The notes beneath the pieces are model-generated. The model ran no database searches. It was given only the letters and a program-made list of their open reading frames with translations, and had not been told where the DNA came from. From the NCBI GenBank assembly GCA_965207885.1, contig OZ242311.1, positions 2,272,001 through 2,336,000 on the forward strand: DNA of 64,000 bases, given 5' to 3'. Below, in pieces: positions 8,825 to 18,785 of the stretch (positions are counted from its first letter, which is position 1; each line of letters begins with the position of its first letter). The position numbers and the translations under genes are program-made. Source of the DNA: Candidatus Latescibacterota bacterium (lineage in GTDB: Bacteria > Latescibacterota > UBA2968).

Positions 8825-11813
8825 GCTGTGAAATCTCCGGATTGGGATTGGTCAACCGCGCGAGATACGTGGTGCGCGGTTTGGTATTTAACTCTGTCAA
8901 AATGCCGTAATTTCTCTGTTGGGCTTTGAGCTTGGCCACGCGGCTATTGGGGTCTTTGATATCGCCAAATACAATGGCATCTGAAGGACACGCTCCCTGA
9001 CAGGCGGTTGTAATATCGCCATCTTTCAATTCGCGATCCTCGACCTTGGCCTCAATTCGCGCTGCACTAATGCGCTGCACGCAATAGGTGCATTTTTCCA
9101 TTACGCCGCGACCGCGCACTGTCACATTGGGATTGCGCTGCAATTTGAAACTCGGTGTTTCTTCATCGGCATAGTGGAGGAAATTGAAGCGCCGCACCTT
9201 ATAAGGGCAGTTATTTGAACAATATCTCGTGCCCACACAGCGGTTATAGGCCATATCGTTCAAGCCCTCGGCACTGTGTACTGTTGCGCCAACGGGGCAT
9301 ACGAGTTCACAGGGCGCATTCTCGCACTGCATACAGGGTACGGGCTGGTTGTAAAGTTCGGGGTTGTCCAGATCGCCTTTGTAGTAGCGGTCGATGCGAA
9401 TCCAGTGCATTTCGCGTCCGTTGAGCACCTCATCTTTGCCCACTACCGGAATATTATTTTCCGACTGACAGGCGACTGTGCAGGCATTGCAGCCATTGCA
9501 TGAATTCAGATCAATTGCCATGCCCCAGGCTATGCCGTCGTTGTCGTGAATCCCATCAAAAAAGTTTGCATCGGGACCGGGGTCATGCCCCATTTCGTGT
9601 ACAAAATGCGGGTGTTTTTCATATTCATCGACTGTGCCAGATCGCACCAGCGCGCGGCCTTCCATGCTGTGGTGATCTTGCGTGCAGGCCAGGGGATACG
9701 TCTGTCCCGTCTTTGTCATTGACGCGTCCGATGCAACCCACGGCGAATCAGATGTCTGAAGAGCATAAGCATTGAAACCAACGCCATTACCCACGCGCCC
9801 GGCAGCGATGCGTCCAAAGCCAAGATGTACAGTAACGGCATTTGCGGGATGCCCGGGTGCGATCCAGACAGGTGCTTCCACAGAGCGATTATTCGCGCTC
9901 AATACGACCACATCGCCATTTTGAAGCCCCATCGCCTCGGCAGTTGCCGGTGCGATCAAAACCGCATTGTCCCAGGTGAGGCGCGTATGGGGTTTTGGCA
10001 ATTCTTGCAACCAGCCATTGTTGGCATATCGCCCATCGCCAATTGTGGGATCTAACCGGAAGTTCACTTCGAGTCCCTCACTCGCCTGCGATGGCGTGCC
10101 GTAATTTTCGGTCATGCTCACAGAACGCTCGGGCAAAGCCGTATCGGGAACCAATCCGTCGTGCAAATAGGTTTGCCAGATTGTTTCAAAATCGGTGCCT
10201 TTGTATTGTTCTTGCCAATATTCTTTGACCCGATCATAATCCGCGCGCCCATCCCCCAGCATCATAGCTACCAGTTCCGCGGCGGATTTGCCGCCGTAGA
10301 GCGGCTCAATCAATGGCTGGACAATAGACACGGTACCGTCGAATGCGCGTATATCGCCCCAGGCTTCTAATGCGTGTGCTTCGGGCAAATGCCAGTGAGA
10401 TAATCGCGCGGTTTCATCTTGAGATTGGCCCAGATGAATGCGCGTTGTCACTTCCTGGTAAGCGGCGGCAAAATTGAGGTCTGCTGGCGCATTGTAAACG
10501 GGATTGCCACCCAAAACCATCAGCAGTGAAACTCTGCCCTCTGACATATCAACGGTTAAATCTTTGAGGGAAGCGTATTGATTGGTCGGCTCGGCTTCTA
10601 CTGGATCTGTGTACGTCACGGTATTACCCACATTGCCTAACGCACTGTTGATGGCGTGTGCAAGTGCGTGAACAGCAGGCGGTTGATGATCGCCGGCAAT
10701 CACCAGCGATGTGCCGCGATGTGCCGCCAGGTCTTTGACCAGTGCATTGAGCCATGTATCGCGTCCGGCGCTATTGCCCCCCATCGCGTTTATTCCCAGT
10801 GCCGCAGCCACTGCTCGGGCAAATCCCTCGATCTGACTGGCTTTCAATGGCAGGCGGTGATCGGCAAAAGACCCCGTATTGGAGGGAGTAGATTCAATGA
10901 CGTAGAGCCGATTCATATCGGCCTTTTGGCCGTCGATAACCTTGCGACCGAGGGCAACGTGGCGAGCGTGTCGAATACTTGCCGCACCGCTTTCCATAAA
11001 ATCGGCGTCCAAAGACAAAATGCGTTTGGCTTTTTCGAAATGATACTGCGTTTCGACCACTTCTCCAAAAGCCATTCTGGCACCTTCACGCACGTTGTCG
11101 CGCGTACCTGGCTCAAATTGATGCCACCTTGCGTTGGGATATTTTTCCAATAGCGCGCGGATCTGGCTAACCAAAACTGGCGAGGTCACTGTTTCCGTCA
11201 ACAGACGCAATCCCTGCCCCTGATCCAAATCGAGTTTTGCCACTTCGGTGGCAAGGGTAGCAGAAAATCTCGTCCATGTACTCGCACGCCCGTTTGCTAT
11301 GGGTACCTGCGTGCGGTCAGGGTCGTAGAGGTCGAGTATTTGAGCCTGTGTAATTGCATCTGTGGGACCAAAAGTCGCATTGCCCGATCGAGGATTTGCA
11401 GGATGTGCGGGATTGCCCTCTATTTTGGTCGGACGCCCAGCATGACTTTCGACCAGTACGCCCCGGGCGAATCCGCCTTGAGAGAGAGCCGAAGCAAAGA
11501 ACAGGGGTTTACCGGGTATGATCTGCTCGGGCGCACGTATATAGGGGACGATTTTTTCCGGCGGCTGGCGCGTGCACGATGTCAAGCCGGCAAACGCCAG
11601 AGACGCGCCCATTACCTGTAGAAACTTGCGGCGACCGACTTTGTCGCTCCATTCGGAAGCCCCTTCGGGAAATTCGCGGTGCAAATAGTCGCGAAATTCT
11701 TCCGTATCAGCCAATTCATTCAGGCTGCGCCAATAATCCTGCCCCTCGCGCTTAGATAGGCGTTCGCGAATCGCAGAGAGGTCCAAACCGTCTTTATGTG
11801 CTGTGCGTGTCAT
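8817..11813 (-). CDS. actB: Alternative complex III subunit ActB (molybdopterin-oxidoreductase-like plus Fe-S domain)
   Basis: YWRSL...EF, TAT motif RRKFL followed by a lipidated Cys, C-terminal CNGCNAC / CMQCENAPC / CVGTRYC / KCTYC clusters. ATGA overlap with actA. Confidence 0.95.
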   Translation of the reverse strand: MTRTAHKDGLDLSAIRERLSKREGQDYWRSLNELADTEEFRDYLHREFPEGASEWSDKVGRRKFLQVMGASLAFAGLTSCTRQPPEKIVPYIRAPEQIIPGKPLFFASALSQGGFARGVLVESHAGRPTKIEGNPAHPANPRSGNATFGPTDAITQAQILDLYDPDRTQVPIANGRASTWTRFSATLATEVAKLDLDQGQGLRLLTETVTSPVLVSQIRALLEKYPNARWHQFEPGTRDNVREGARMAFGEVVETQYHFEKAKRILSLDADFMESGAASIRHARHVALGRKVIDGQKADMNRLYVIESTPSNTGSFADHRLPLKASQIEGFARAVAAALGINAMGGNSAGRDTWLNALVKDLAAHRGTSLVIAGDHQPPAVHALAHAINSALGNVGNTVTYTDPVEAEPTNQYASLKDLTVDMSEGRVSLLMVLGGNPVYNAPADLNFAAAYQEVTTRIHLGQSQDETARLSHWHLPEAHALEAWGDIRAFDGTVSIVQPLIEPLYGGKSAAELVAMMLGDGRADYDRVKEYWQEQYKGTDFETIWQTYLHDGLVPDTALPERSVSMTENYGTPSQASEGLEVNFRLDPTIGDGRYANNGWLQELPKPHTRLTWDNAVLIAPATAEAMGLQNGDVVVLSANNRSVEAPVWIAPGHPANAVTVHLGFGRIAAGRVGNGVGFNAYALQTSDSPWVASDASMTKTGQTYPLACTQDHHSMEGRALVRSGTVDEYEKHPHFVHEMGHDPGPDANFFDGIHDNDGIAWGMAIDLNSCNGCNACTVACQSENNIPVVGKDEVLNGREMHWIRIDRYYKGDLDNPELYNQPVPCMQCENAPCELVCPVGATVHSAEGLNDMAYNRCVGTRYCSNNCPYKVRRFNFLHYADEETPSFKLQRNPNVTVRGRGVMEKCTYCVQRISAARIEAKVEDRELKDGDITTACQGACPSDAIVFGDIKDPNSRVAKLKAQQRNYGILTELNTKPRTTYLARLTNPNPEISQHG

Positions 11814-12478
11814 CGATGACATGTCGAGCAATCCGTGGAAGGGTTAATATCGTAGTCTTGAACCAGTTGTGCGCCCAGCAGGGCTTGAGAGACCGCATGT
11901 CCGCGTTCATCCATTGGTTTCCAGGCCATATTGAAAACTTCTTCGCGGGGACGCACATATTTTTCGGGTGCCCGGTGACATTCCAGACACCATTCCATAT
12001 TGAGGGTGTTCACTTTCCACATCAGCGGCATTTGATCGACCTGCCCGTGACAGGTTTGACATCCGATGCCTTTGTGAACGTGAATGCTGTGATTGAAATA
12101 GACAAAATCGGGGAGATCGTGAATGCGAACCCACTCTATGGGATTACCCGTGCGATAACTTTCGCGGATGGGTTCGAGAAGGGGGCTTTCTGTCCAGATT
12201 TGAGAATGGCAGGTCATGCAGGTTTCAACAGGGGGGATATTGGCGAAGGAAGATTCTTCTACAGAAGTGTGACAATAGCGACAGTCGAGGCCCACGCCGG
12301 CCACGTGGTGTTTGTGACTGAAGGGAACCGGCTGTTTTTTTGCGACCAGGACATCGGATGTGTAGTGTAATCGGTTGGTGTTGAGCAGAATGGTGAGGCC
12401 CGTTCCAACAACAACCAGAACCACGACAATACTGATTCTGGCATACGCGTTACTGCCACGCGGAAAAAGCTGCGCCAT
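11810..12478 (-). CDS. actA: Alternative complex III pentaheme cytochrome c ActA
   Basis: N-terminal TM helix and five CxxCH motifs (CRYCH, CMTCH, CQTCH, CLECH, CSTCH). Confidence 0.95.
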   Translation of the reverse strand: MAQLFPRGSNAYARISIVVVLVVVGTGLTILLNTNRLHYTSDVLVAKKQPVPFSHKHHVAGVGLDCRYCHTSVEESSFANIPPVETCMTCHSQIWTESPLLEPIRESYRTGNPIEWVRIHDLPDFVYFNHSIHVHKGIGCQTCHGQVDQMPLMWKVNTLNMEWCLECHRAPEKYVRPREEVFNMAWKPMDERGHAVSQALLGAQLVQDYDINPSTDCSTCHR

Positions 12479-12539
12479 TTATGAATCCTGTGAAGTGAGA
12501 TGAGACAAAATGAGATCAGGTCGAGCCTACGAAGGGCTT

Positions 12540-12567
12540 AATATACACGAATCCACATGCGAGTCAA
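12540..12567 (-). promoter_or_regulatory. Putative sigma70 promoter of the act-cta operon
   Basis: TTGACT-N16-TATATT on the minus strand, about 60 bp upstream of actA. Confidence 0.55.
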
Positions 12568-12635
12568 GCAATAAGTTTTGCTCATATAAACTGTACATTA
12601 TTATCTACTTTGTTTGGCATACAAAACACAACTTT

Positions 12636-13763
12636 TTAATTGCGGGTATCCGCTGTATGTTGTTCTATATCGCGCCGATTGTCGCCTGTGGGCAGTTCGG
12701 CAATGTACTGGTAATTGGAGTCACGCGCCTGTCTGTCCAAAATCTCAGCAATTTGTTTCCACGTTTCGCGCAAGCCGCGGGGACAGTGAGGCATTTCGTG
12801 TTTGATCAGCCTGTGTAGCCGACCGAGTTTGTAGCATGGAACCGCAGCGTACATGTGGTGCTCGGTGTGGTAATTCATATGCCAGTAGAGAAATTGGAGC
12901 AGGGGATTGAGGTAAATCGTGCGGCAGCAGAGGCGAAAATCCGGTACTTCGTCTTGCAGCCCAACGTGCTGTGCGGAGTTGCAAAGGGATTGCAACCACG
13001 ATCCGAACATTTTCGGAAATGTGATGACCAGCGGGACAATCCAGTACCCATATACCAGAGATATACCCGCGATCGAGAGGTGGCCGATGAGCAAGGTGCG
13101 CTCCCATCTGGTGTAGGCGCGACACCGCTCTTGATCGCTTTCGGGAAAGAGCATTCCAATCCAGGAATTTTTCCTGTTGATATAGCCGGTAAAGTTTCGA
13201 AACCTTTCTTTTAGCAGTGTGTAGGGATACTTGTGGTTTACAATGGCCCGCTTCCACAGACCTTTGAGATCGATTTTTTGAGGGAGTACGACTTCCTGAT
13301 CGTCGGGTGCGTGCAGGGTGTATTTGTGGTGTTCGGTATGGCTGGCCCAGAATAGATGGTGGTTGTGCCAGCCGAGGAAGGATAAAATGCGGAGGAAGAA
13401 GCGATTGAGCCACCGGGTCTTGAAGACCGAATCGTGTACCAGTTCATGAAAGCCGTTGACCAGAAAATGCCAGAAGTGTCCGTTGATGAAGACCAGTAGC
13501 GCAGTGATATACCAGGGCCAGTGGCGCGATGAGTAAATGGCCGCTCCCGCAGCAACAGTTAGCACGCCCAGGAAACCGAGTGTCTGAGCAAAGCCAAGGA
13601 AATCACTTCGCTTGTTGAGTTCGCGCAATGTCTCGCGGGAGACGCGGCAGCGGTACCATTTGATGCGCGTCTTTCTGGGCGGTTTATTGTATTTTGGGCC
13701 TTCTGTGAACACGTCTCGATCAGAGAGCGTGCCCTGGCCGATATTTTCGGTTTGTGTGTTCAA
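12636..13763 (-). CDS. Membrane fatty-acid desaturase/hydroxylase family protein (MocD-like)
   Basis: His boxes HELVH, HTEHH and HMNYHTEHH with TM segments. Confidence 0.85.
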   Translation of the reverse strand: MNTQTENIGQGTLSDRDVFTEGPKYNKPPRKTRIKWYRCRVSRETLRELNKRSDFLGFAQTLGFLGVLTVAAGAAIYSSRHWPWYITALLVFINGHFWHFLVNGFHELVHDSVFKTRWLNRFFLRILSFLGWHNHHLFWASHTEHHKYTLHAPDDQEVVLPQKIDLKGLWKRAIVNHKYPYTLLKERFRNFTGYINRKNSWIGMLFPESDQERCRAYTRWERTLLIGHLSIAGISLVYGYWIVPLVITFPKMFGSWLQSLCNSAQHVGLQDEVPDFRLCCRTIYLNPLLQFLYWHMNYHTEHHMYAAVPCYKLGRLHRLIKHEMPHCPRGLRETWKQIAEILDRQARDSNYQYIAELPTGDNRRDIEQHTADTRN

Positions 13764-13803
13764 GGTCTATGATCCACTTGTTGGAAATTTAGAATCAGCG
13801 ACC

Positions 13804-13831
13804 AAGATACGCGAATCCTCTTGTGCGTCAA
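13804..13831 (-). promoter_or_regulatory. Putative sigma70 promoter of the desaturase
   Basis: TTGACG-N16-TATCTT on the minus strand, 40 bp upstream of the start. Confidence 0.55.
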
Positions 13832-13859
13832 GTGAGTTCGCGGGACCTCTCTGCGCTTG

Positions 13860-15178
13860 CTATCCACTTGTCTTGCCAAAATTTGAGGTAAATATCAAAA
13901 AGTCGTTAAAATCCACGTCGCCATCCTGATCCAGATCACCGATTAAACCGCTTGGCGTGCCACCACCTCCGGTCGGTCTTATTTCAGAAGACCATCGAAG
14001 GATCTGATTTTGTCCCCGGGTCTCTGCGACTCCATTGCCCGTAGAATCTATATAAGCACGATATAAGCACGGAATTTGCCGCCTTCAATTCCCAATACAC
14101 CGTTGCCCGCTTCATCGGCTGCCATAGCTGCAATGGGCCGCCCAGAGGCGTTGAGAATGCCCATTATACCGTGCCCATTTTCATCGACACCCAATACGGA
14201 AGCCAAAACACCCTCTCTATTTGTTAACAGTACTGCTGCATCGCCAGCCTCATCAATTCCCAAATCAACTATTGAACCCGAGGCACTGACGGCACTGACT
14301 GAGCCATTGCCAACATCATCTACACCCAGAATGACTACGCCTGTACCCGATTCAGATGCAGTGCCTACGATCAGTCCAGCATTTCCAGAATCATCGGCGC
14401 CGAGAAGCGTGAGCGAACCCGAGCTACTGACAGTACTCACCAGTCCATTACCAGTTTCATCTAAGCCCAGAATGACCGCACCTGTGCCCGATTCGGCGCT
14501 ACCGCTCACGATCAGCCCCGCATTTCCAGAATCATCGGCACCGAGAAGCGTAAAGCTCGAACCCAATGCATTTGATGCAGCTACCACACCATTGCCAGCT
14601 TGATCTACGCCCATCCCCGCAACAGAGGCATTATTTTCTATCAAACTAATATCTCCATTTCCAGCTTGATCGGCTGATATAGCCGCAACTGCCGCACCTG
14701 CTACGTTCCCTACGAGCAAAATACCGTTTCCAGCGGGATCCGATCCGATTATGGCGACGACGCCCCCCGCTGCATTTACAATCTGCAGTGTTCTTGTCTG
14801 TAGTGTTTGTACCCGCAATGTGTCGGATAAAATCTGCAGTTCTCCTGCTTGAGCTTGTTTTCCCAATCTCGGCGTCCCATTCTGGTGCGAGAGAATATTA
14901 TTGATAAATTCTGTCTTGTCTCTATCCAGGCCAAGTCCTGGTGCATGTATTCGGCGTGCCAGAATTTCTTCCCGATGCGACCAGTTATGGCGAAAATCCG
15001 TATCATTTACATTTATAGAGGTCAATTTGGGTGGAAGTAGTCTGTGAAACCACTTTGACGTAAAAGCGGGCGATGTGTTAAATAGAAATACAATGATTAA
15101 TCCGATAATCGCCCGCATTTGCCAGCGCACTCTTTTTTCCAGCGTTTCTACCTTTTTTTCTACGATTTCCCTATTCAT
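13860..15178 (-). pseudogene. Membrane-anchored repeat protein with C-terminal dockerin/EF-hand-like motif, frameshifted by an 11-bp tandem duplication
   Basis: The ORF stops at 14048. Removing one ATATAAGCACG copy (14050-14060 = 14061-14071) restores a 435-aa frame ending ...GLIGDLDQDGDVDFNDFLIFTSNFGKTSG* at 13860. AGGAGA RBS precedes the ATG at 15178. Confidence 0.8.
14326..14551. repeat. Intragenic direct repeat, period 141 nt (47 aa)
   Basis: 14326-14410 is nearly identical to 14467-14551; both encode TLLGADDSGNAGLIVxxxxESGTGxVILG. Confidence 0.85.
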
Positions 15179-15347
15179 TCTATCTCCTTGAATTGGTGGT
15201 TGTGTCGTTTCCTTTAATATAAAGCATTTGTCCAGCAATAATTACTTAATCCGAGATAAGCGGCCATGGGTTCCCCTTGCTTTGATAAAATGAAACGGCT
15301 ATTATGGACCATTCCACCGTGAATGTAGAGAATGGAGGCGCACAGCG

Positions 15348-16748
15348 ATGAATTTGCCAGATCCACTTATCGCATCCAACGATCGCCAACTCTTTGTCGA
15401 TAACCATCTCATCGACAGCTTCGAACACGTGCATATTCACCAGCACACGCCCATCCCGCGCGAAACGTGTCTCACTTTCAATCGCCCCTGGGAAGGTGAG
15501 ACGAGTTGGTGTCCCGTTGTTATCAAAGATGGCGGTAAATACAGGATGTGGTACCGATCTCAAGATGAACAACAAGACACAGGTGGTTTTAACCACACGT
15601 TCACTGCTTATGCCGAGAGCGAAGACGGCATTTGTTGGCAACGGCCCAATCTCGGTTTGTTCAATTTCAATGGTTCAACCGATAACAATATTTGCGTTGA
15701 CAATCCCGATACCAAGAATATTGCGGTTTTTGTGGATGAGCGTCCCGGTGTGCCAGAATCCGAGCGGTACAAGGCAGCGGGGCGCTGGAGCGGTGGCAAA
15801 CCCGCTCGTATCTACGGTCTCGTCTCTCCCGATGGCATTCACTGGCAAAACGCAGGAGACGGGCCGCTCATCGTCGCCTCTGAAGACGATCCCAATTTTG
15901 ACAGTCCGGTTAGTGCTTTTTGGGATGCGCGTCAGGGGTGTTATGTCCTGTACGCGCGTGGCTGGTTTCCCGATGGCAATGAGCCGGGTATGCGCGCCAT
16001 TCGAATGACGACTTCGCGGGATTTTATACATTGGGATGCATGGCAATATATCCGCATTGACGGCAAAACGCGCTTTGATTATCAACTTTATACAAATGCC
16101 GTTCATCCCTACGCAGGTGCGCCCTATTATTTTGCTTTTCCCAAGCGCTTTATTGCAACGCGCCAGGCTCTGCCCGAGTGGGGTCACGAAGGTCTTTCCG
16201 ATATTCTCTTTCTCGCCAGTAGAGATGGTTTGAATTTCACCCAGCCCTATGCCGATGCGTTTATGCGTCCCGGTCTGGACCAAAATAACTGGCACGAGCG
16301 CTCCATTTTTATCGGACCGCGTGTCGTTTCTACCGCGCCCGGCGAACTCTCGCTTTATTCTGTGCAAAATTATCGCACGCCCAATGCACACATTCGGCGT
16401 TTTACTCTGCGCGAAGATGGGTTTGTTTCTGTTCGCGCTGATGCCAGAACGGGTATTCTTACGACCAGACCGTTTACTTTTACAGGCACCCAGTTGGAAG
16501 TCAATTATTCTACGAGTGTTGCCGGATCGGTTCGCATCGCATTGCTCGACGAAGCGGGGAATTCTCTTCCAAAATTCGCGCTCGGTGACTGTCCCCATAT
16601 TTTTGGCGATGAAATCGCGCGCACTGTTCGCTGGGAAAATGTCAATGCTATCGATGTCGCCCCGAACCAACCCATTCGCTTGCAATTTGAACTAACCGAG
16701 GCAGACCTTTTTTCTTTTCGATTCTTCAGTCCCGGAGAAATATCATGA
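15348..16748 (+). CDS. Hypothetical beta-propeller, glycoside-hydrolase-like protein
   Basis: RQLFVD N-terminus, Asp-box-like repeats (AESEDGICW, VSPDGIHW, TTSRDFIHW, ASRDGLNF), LREDGFVS and a C-terminal beta-sandwich. A TTGCTT-N17-TATTAT promoter-like site lies at 15277-15305. Confidence 0.65.
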   Translation: MNLPDPLIASNDRQLFVDNHLIDSFEHVHIHQHTPIPRETCLTFNRPWEGETSWCPVVIKDGGKYRMWYRSQDEQQDTGGFNHTFTAYAESEDGICWQRPNLGLFNFNGSTDNNICVDNPDTKNIAVFVDERPGVPESERYKAAGRWSGGKPARIYGLVSPDGIHWQNAGDGPLIVASEDDPNFDSPVSAFWDARQGCYVLYARGWFPDGNEPGMRAIRMTTSRDFIHWDAWQYIRIDGKTRFDYQLYTNAVHPYAGAPYYFAFPKRFIATRQALPEWGHEGLSDILFLASRDGLNFTQPYADAFMRPGLDQNNWHERSIFIGPRVVSTAPGELSLYSVQNYRTPNAHIRRFTLREDGFVSVRADARTGILTTRPFTFTGTQLEVNYSTSVAGSVRIALLDEAGNSLPKFALGDCPHIFGDEIARTVRWENVNAIDVAPNQPIRLQFELTEADLFSFRFFSPGEIS

Positions 16749-17890
16749 AAATCGCTAAAATCGAACAATTCTTTCCCCGCCGAAGGATGCGCTTGATCAA
16801 AATTACGACCGATACCGGTATTGTAGGCTGGGGCGAAACCACCCTTGAAGGCAAACCCAGGAGCACATGGGCTGCCGTAGAAGAGCTCGCGGATTATCTT
16901 ATTGGGAAAGACCCTCTGCGGATTGAGCACCACTGGCAACATATTTACCGATCTGCTTTTTATCGCGGGGGCAATGTGCTTATGACGGCTCTTTCGGGTA
17001 TTGACCAGGCACTTTGGGATATTGCGGGCAAATACTTCAATGTGCCGACCTATCAGCTTCTCGGCGGACCGGTGCGCGGTCGCATTCGCGTTTATGCCCA
17101 TTGGGGGATTCGCGACAGTTCAGAACGCGGATTGAATGCTGCGCGCGAACGTCTCGAAATGCTTCAAGAAAAGGGGGGATACAAAGCTTTTAAATCGGGA
17201 CCGGGCGGCAAGTGGCGCGCCCACGAACCTCCCGCTGTGATTGACCACTTTGTCAAATGTGCCTATACCATGCGCGAGTGGGTTGGCGATGACTGCGAAC
17301 TCTGTTTTGATTTTCACGGCAAGATGACGCCTGCGCTCGCCGTGGAAATTTGCCACGAGATCAAAGGCATGCGTCCCATGTTTGTCGAAGAACCCGTGCC
17401 GCAGGAAAATGTCGATGCGCTCAAACACGTTTCCGACCATGTGCCTTTTCCCATTGCCACGGGTGAACGCCTGCTTTCGCGTTGGGAATTTCGCACTGTG
17501 TTTGAAAAAAATGCCGTTGCCTATATCCAGCCCGACGGCTCGCATGCAGGTGGTATTTCCGAACTCAAGCGCATTGCGAACATGGCCGAAGTGTATTATA
17601 TGCATATTATGCCGCATTGCGCTATTGGGCCAGTCGCTTTTTCCGCGTGTATGCAGGTTGATGCCGTTGTGCCCAATTTTCTCATTCAAGAGCAAGTCGA
17701 TGCGGGTTTGGGTGAGGATCTGCTGCAAGACCCCTGGGTTGTCAGAGATGGACATATTGATTTGCCCATCAGACCCGGCCTGGGTTTTGACCTCATTCCC
17801 ACAGAAGCCGAACAAAATATCGGGGTTTACGAAGAAGAACTCGGTGGGGAATATTTTTACGAAAACGATGGCAGTGTTGCGGATTGGTGA
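16745..17890 (+). CDS. dgoD: Galactonate dehydratase-like enolase-superfamily enzyme
   Basis: GWGETTLEG, FYRGG, GIDQALWDIAGK, DFHG, EEP, ATGERL and PHC; ATGA overlap with the upstream gene. Confidence 0.8.
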   Translation: MKIAKIEQFFPRRRMRLIKITTDTGIVGWGETTLEGKPRSTWAAVEELADYLIGKDPLRIEHHWQHIYRSAFYRGGNVLMTALSGIDQALWDIAGKYFNVPTYQLLGGPVRGRIRVYAHWGIRDSSERGLNAARERLEMLQEKGGYKAFKSGPGGKWRAHEPPAVIDHFVKCAYTMREWVGDDCELCFDFHGKMTPALAVEICHEIKGMRPMFVEEPVPQENVDALKHVSDHVPFPIATGERLLSRWEFRTVFEKNAVAYIQPDGSHAGGISELKRIANMAEVYYMHIMPHCAIGPVAFSACMQVDAVVPNFLIQEQVDAGLGEDLLQDPWVVRDGHIDLPIRPGLGFDLIPTEAEQNIGVYEEELGGEYFYENDGSVADW

Positions 17891-17891
17891 T

Positions 17892-18785
17892 ATGAACGAA
17901 ATAACAGAACAAACCGATAAAATGGGCAAGGCGTTTCTCGACCTCGCCAACCGGGGTGAAACGCGCTGGATACGATATATTTTAACACTGCTGATTGTTA
18001 TTGCCACCTGGACTTTTGGCAGTGGTGTAGTCCTGTTCAGTGTTTATGGTTCTGAACCCGAAGGGTTGCCCATGGATGGCACAAATCCTTTTCTGGATTT
18101 TATTGCCCTCAACTTGCTCTTTGTCACGGTGCTGGTCGGTCTGTGGATTGGTATTAGAAACGCGCACAAACGCTCTTTCTGCACACTTATTACGCCGCGC
18201 GATCACATCCGCTGGGGCCGCATATTGCAGGGCTTTGGTTTGCAAATGGGTCTGGGTATTGTTTTCGCCGCTATTGACGCTCTGATTTTTCCCGATAACT
18301 ACTCTTATTCCCTGGATCCCGAACGCTTTTACAAATTCGCCATTCTCGTCCTGCTCCTCACGCCTTTCCAGACCACTACCGAAGAGCTTCTCACGCGCAG
18401 TTATTTTTTGCAAATGCTCGGGCACTTCACGCGTCACCCCATTGTTCTCGTTATTCTCAATGCCCTGCCCTTTGCCCTGTTCCATTTGATGAATCCCGAG
18501 ATCGCAGCGTATGGTGTAGTGCCCATGCTGGTTTCCTACTTTGTCGTCGGTGCATTTCTCGCTCTTGTCACGCTCAAAGATAACGGGGCGGAACTCGCCA
18601 TTGGCATTCATGCCGCGAATAACATGTTTGCAGCGGTCCTCGTCAATTACGAAGGCTCTGCGCTATCTACCAACGCCATTTTTATGATACATGAGGTCAA
18701 TGTTTGGTCCGGTACGGTTGCCTACATCGTCTCAGCAGCTATTATGTATTGGATATTGTTCCGCAGTAAACGACCAGTCCCTTGA
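17892..18785 (+). CDS. CPBP (CAAX/Abi) intramembrane metalloprotease
   Basis: EELLTR, FALFH and HAANN motifs. The likely start is ATG 17892, not the 17382 extension overlapping dgoD. Confidence 0.88.
   Translation: MNEITEQTDKMGKAFLDLANRGETRWIRYILTLLIVIATWTFGSGVVLFSVYGSEPEGLPMDGTNPFLDFIALNLLFVTVLVGLWIGIRNAHKRSFCTLITPRDHIRWGRILQGFGLQMGLGIVFAAIDALIFPDNYSYSLDPERFYKFAILVLLLTPFQTTTEELLTRSYFLQMLGHFTRHPIVLVILNALPFALFHLMNPEIAAYGVVPMLVSYFVVGAFLALVTLKDNGAELAIGIHAANNMFAAVLVNYEGSALSTNAIFMIHEVNVWSGTVAYIVSAAIMYWILFRSKRPVP

Noticed and set aside
15675-16685. Long antisense ORFs (also 17120..18007, 18879..20042, 36453..38000, 48017..48976)
   Set aside because: They shadow well-supported genes on the opposite strand and contain no recognisable motifs.
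17382-17891. N-terminal extension of the CPBP ORF
   Set aside because: It overlaps dgoD in another frame; ATG 17892 right after the dgoD stop is the plausible start. The same reasoning trims the sulfatase, MlrC, ceramidase and CoA-ligase ORFs.
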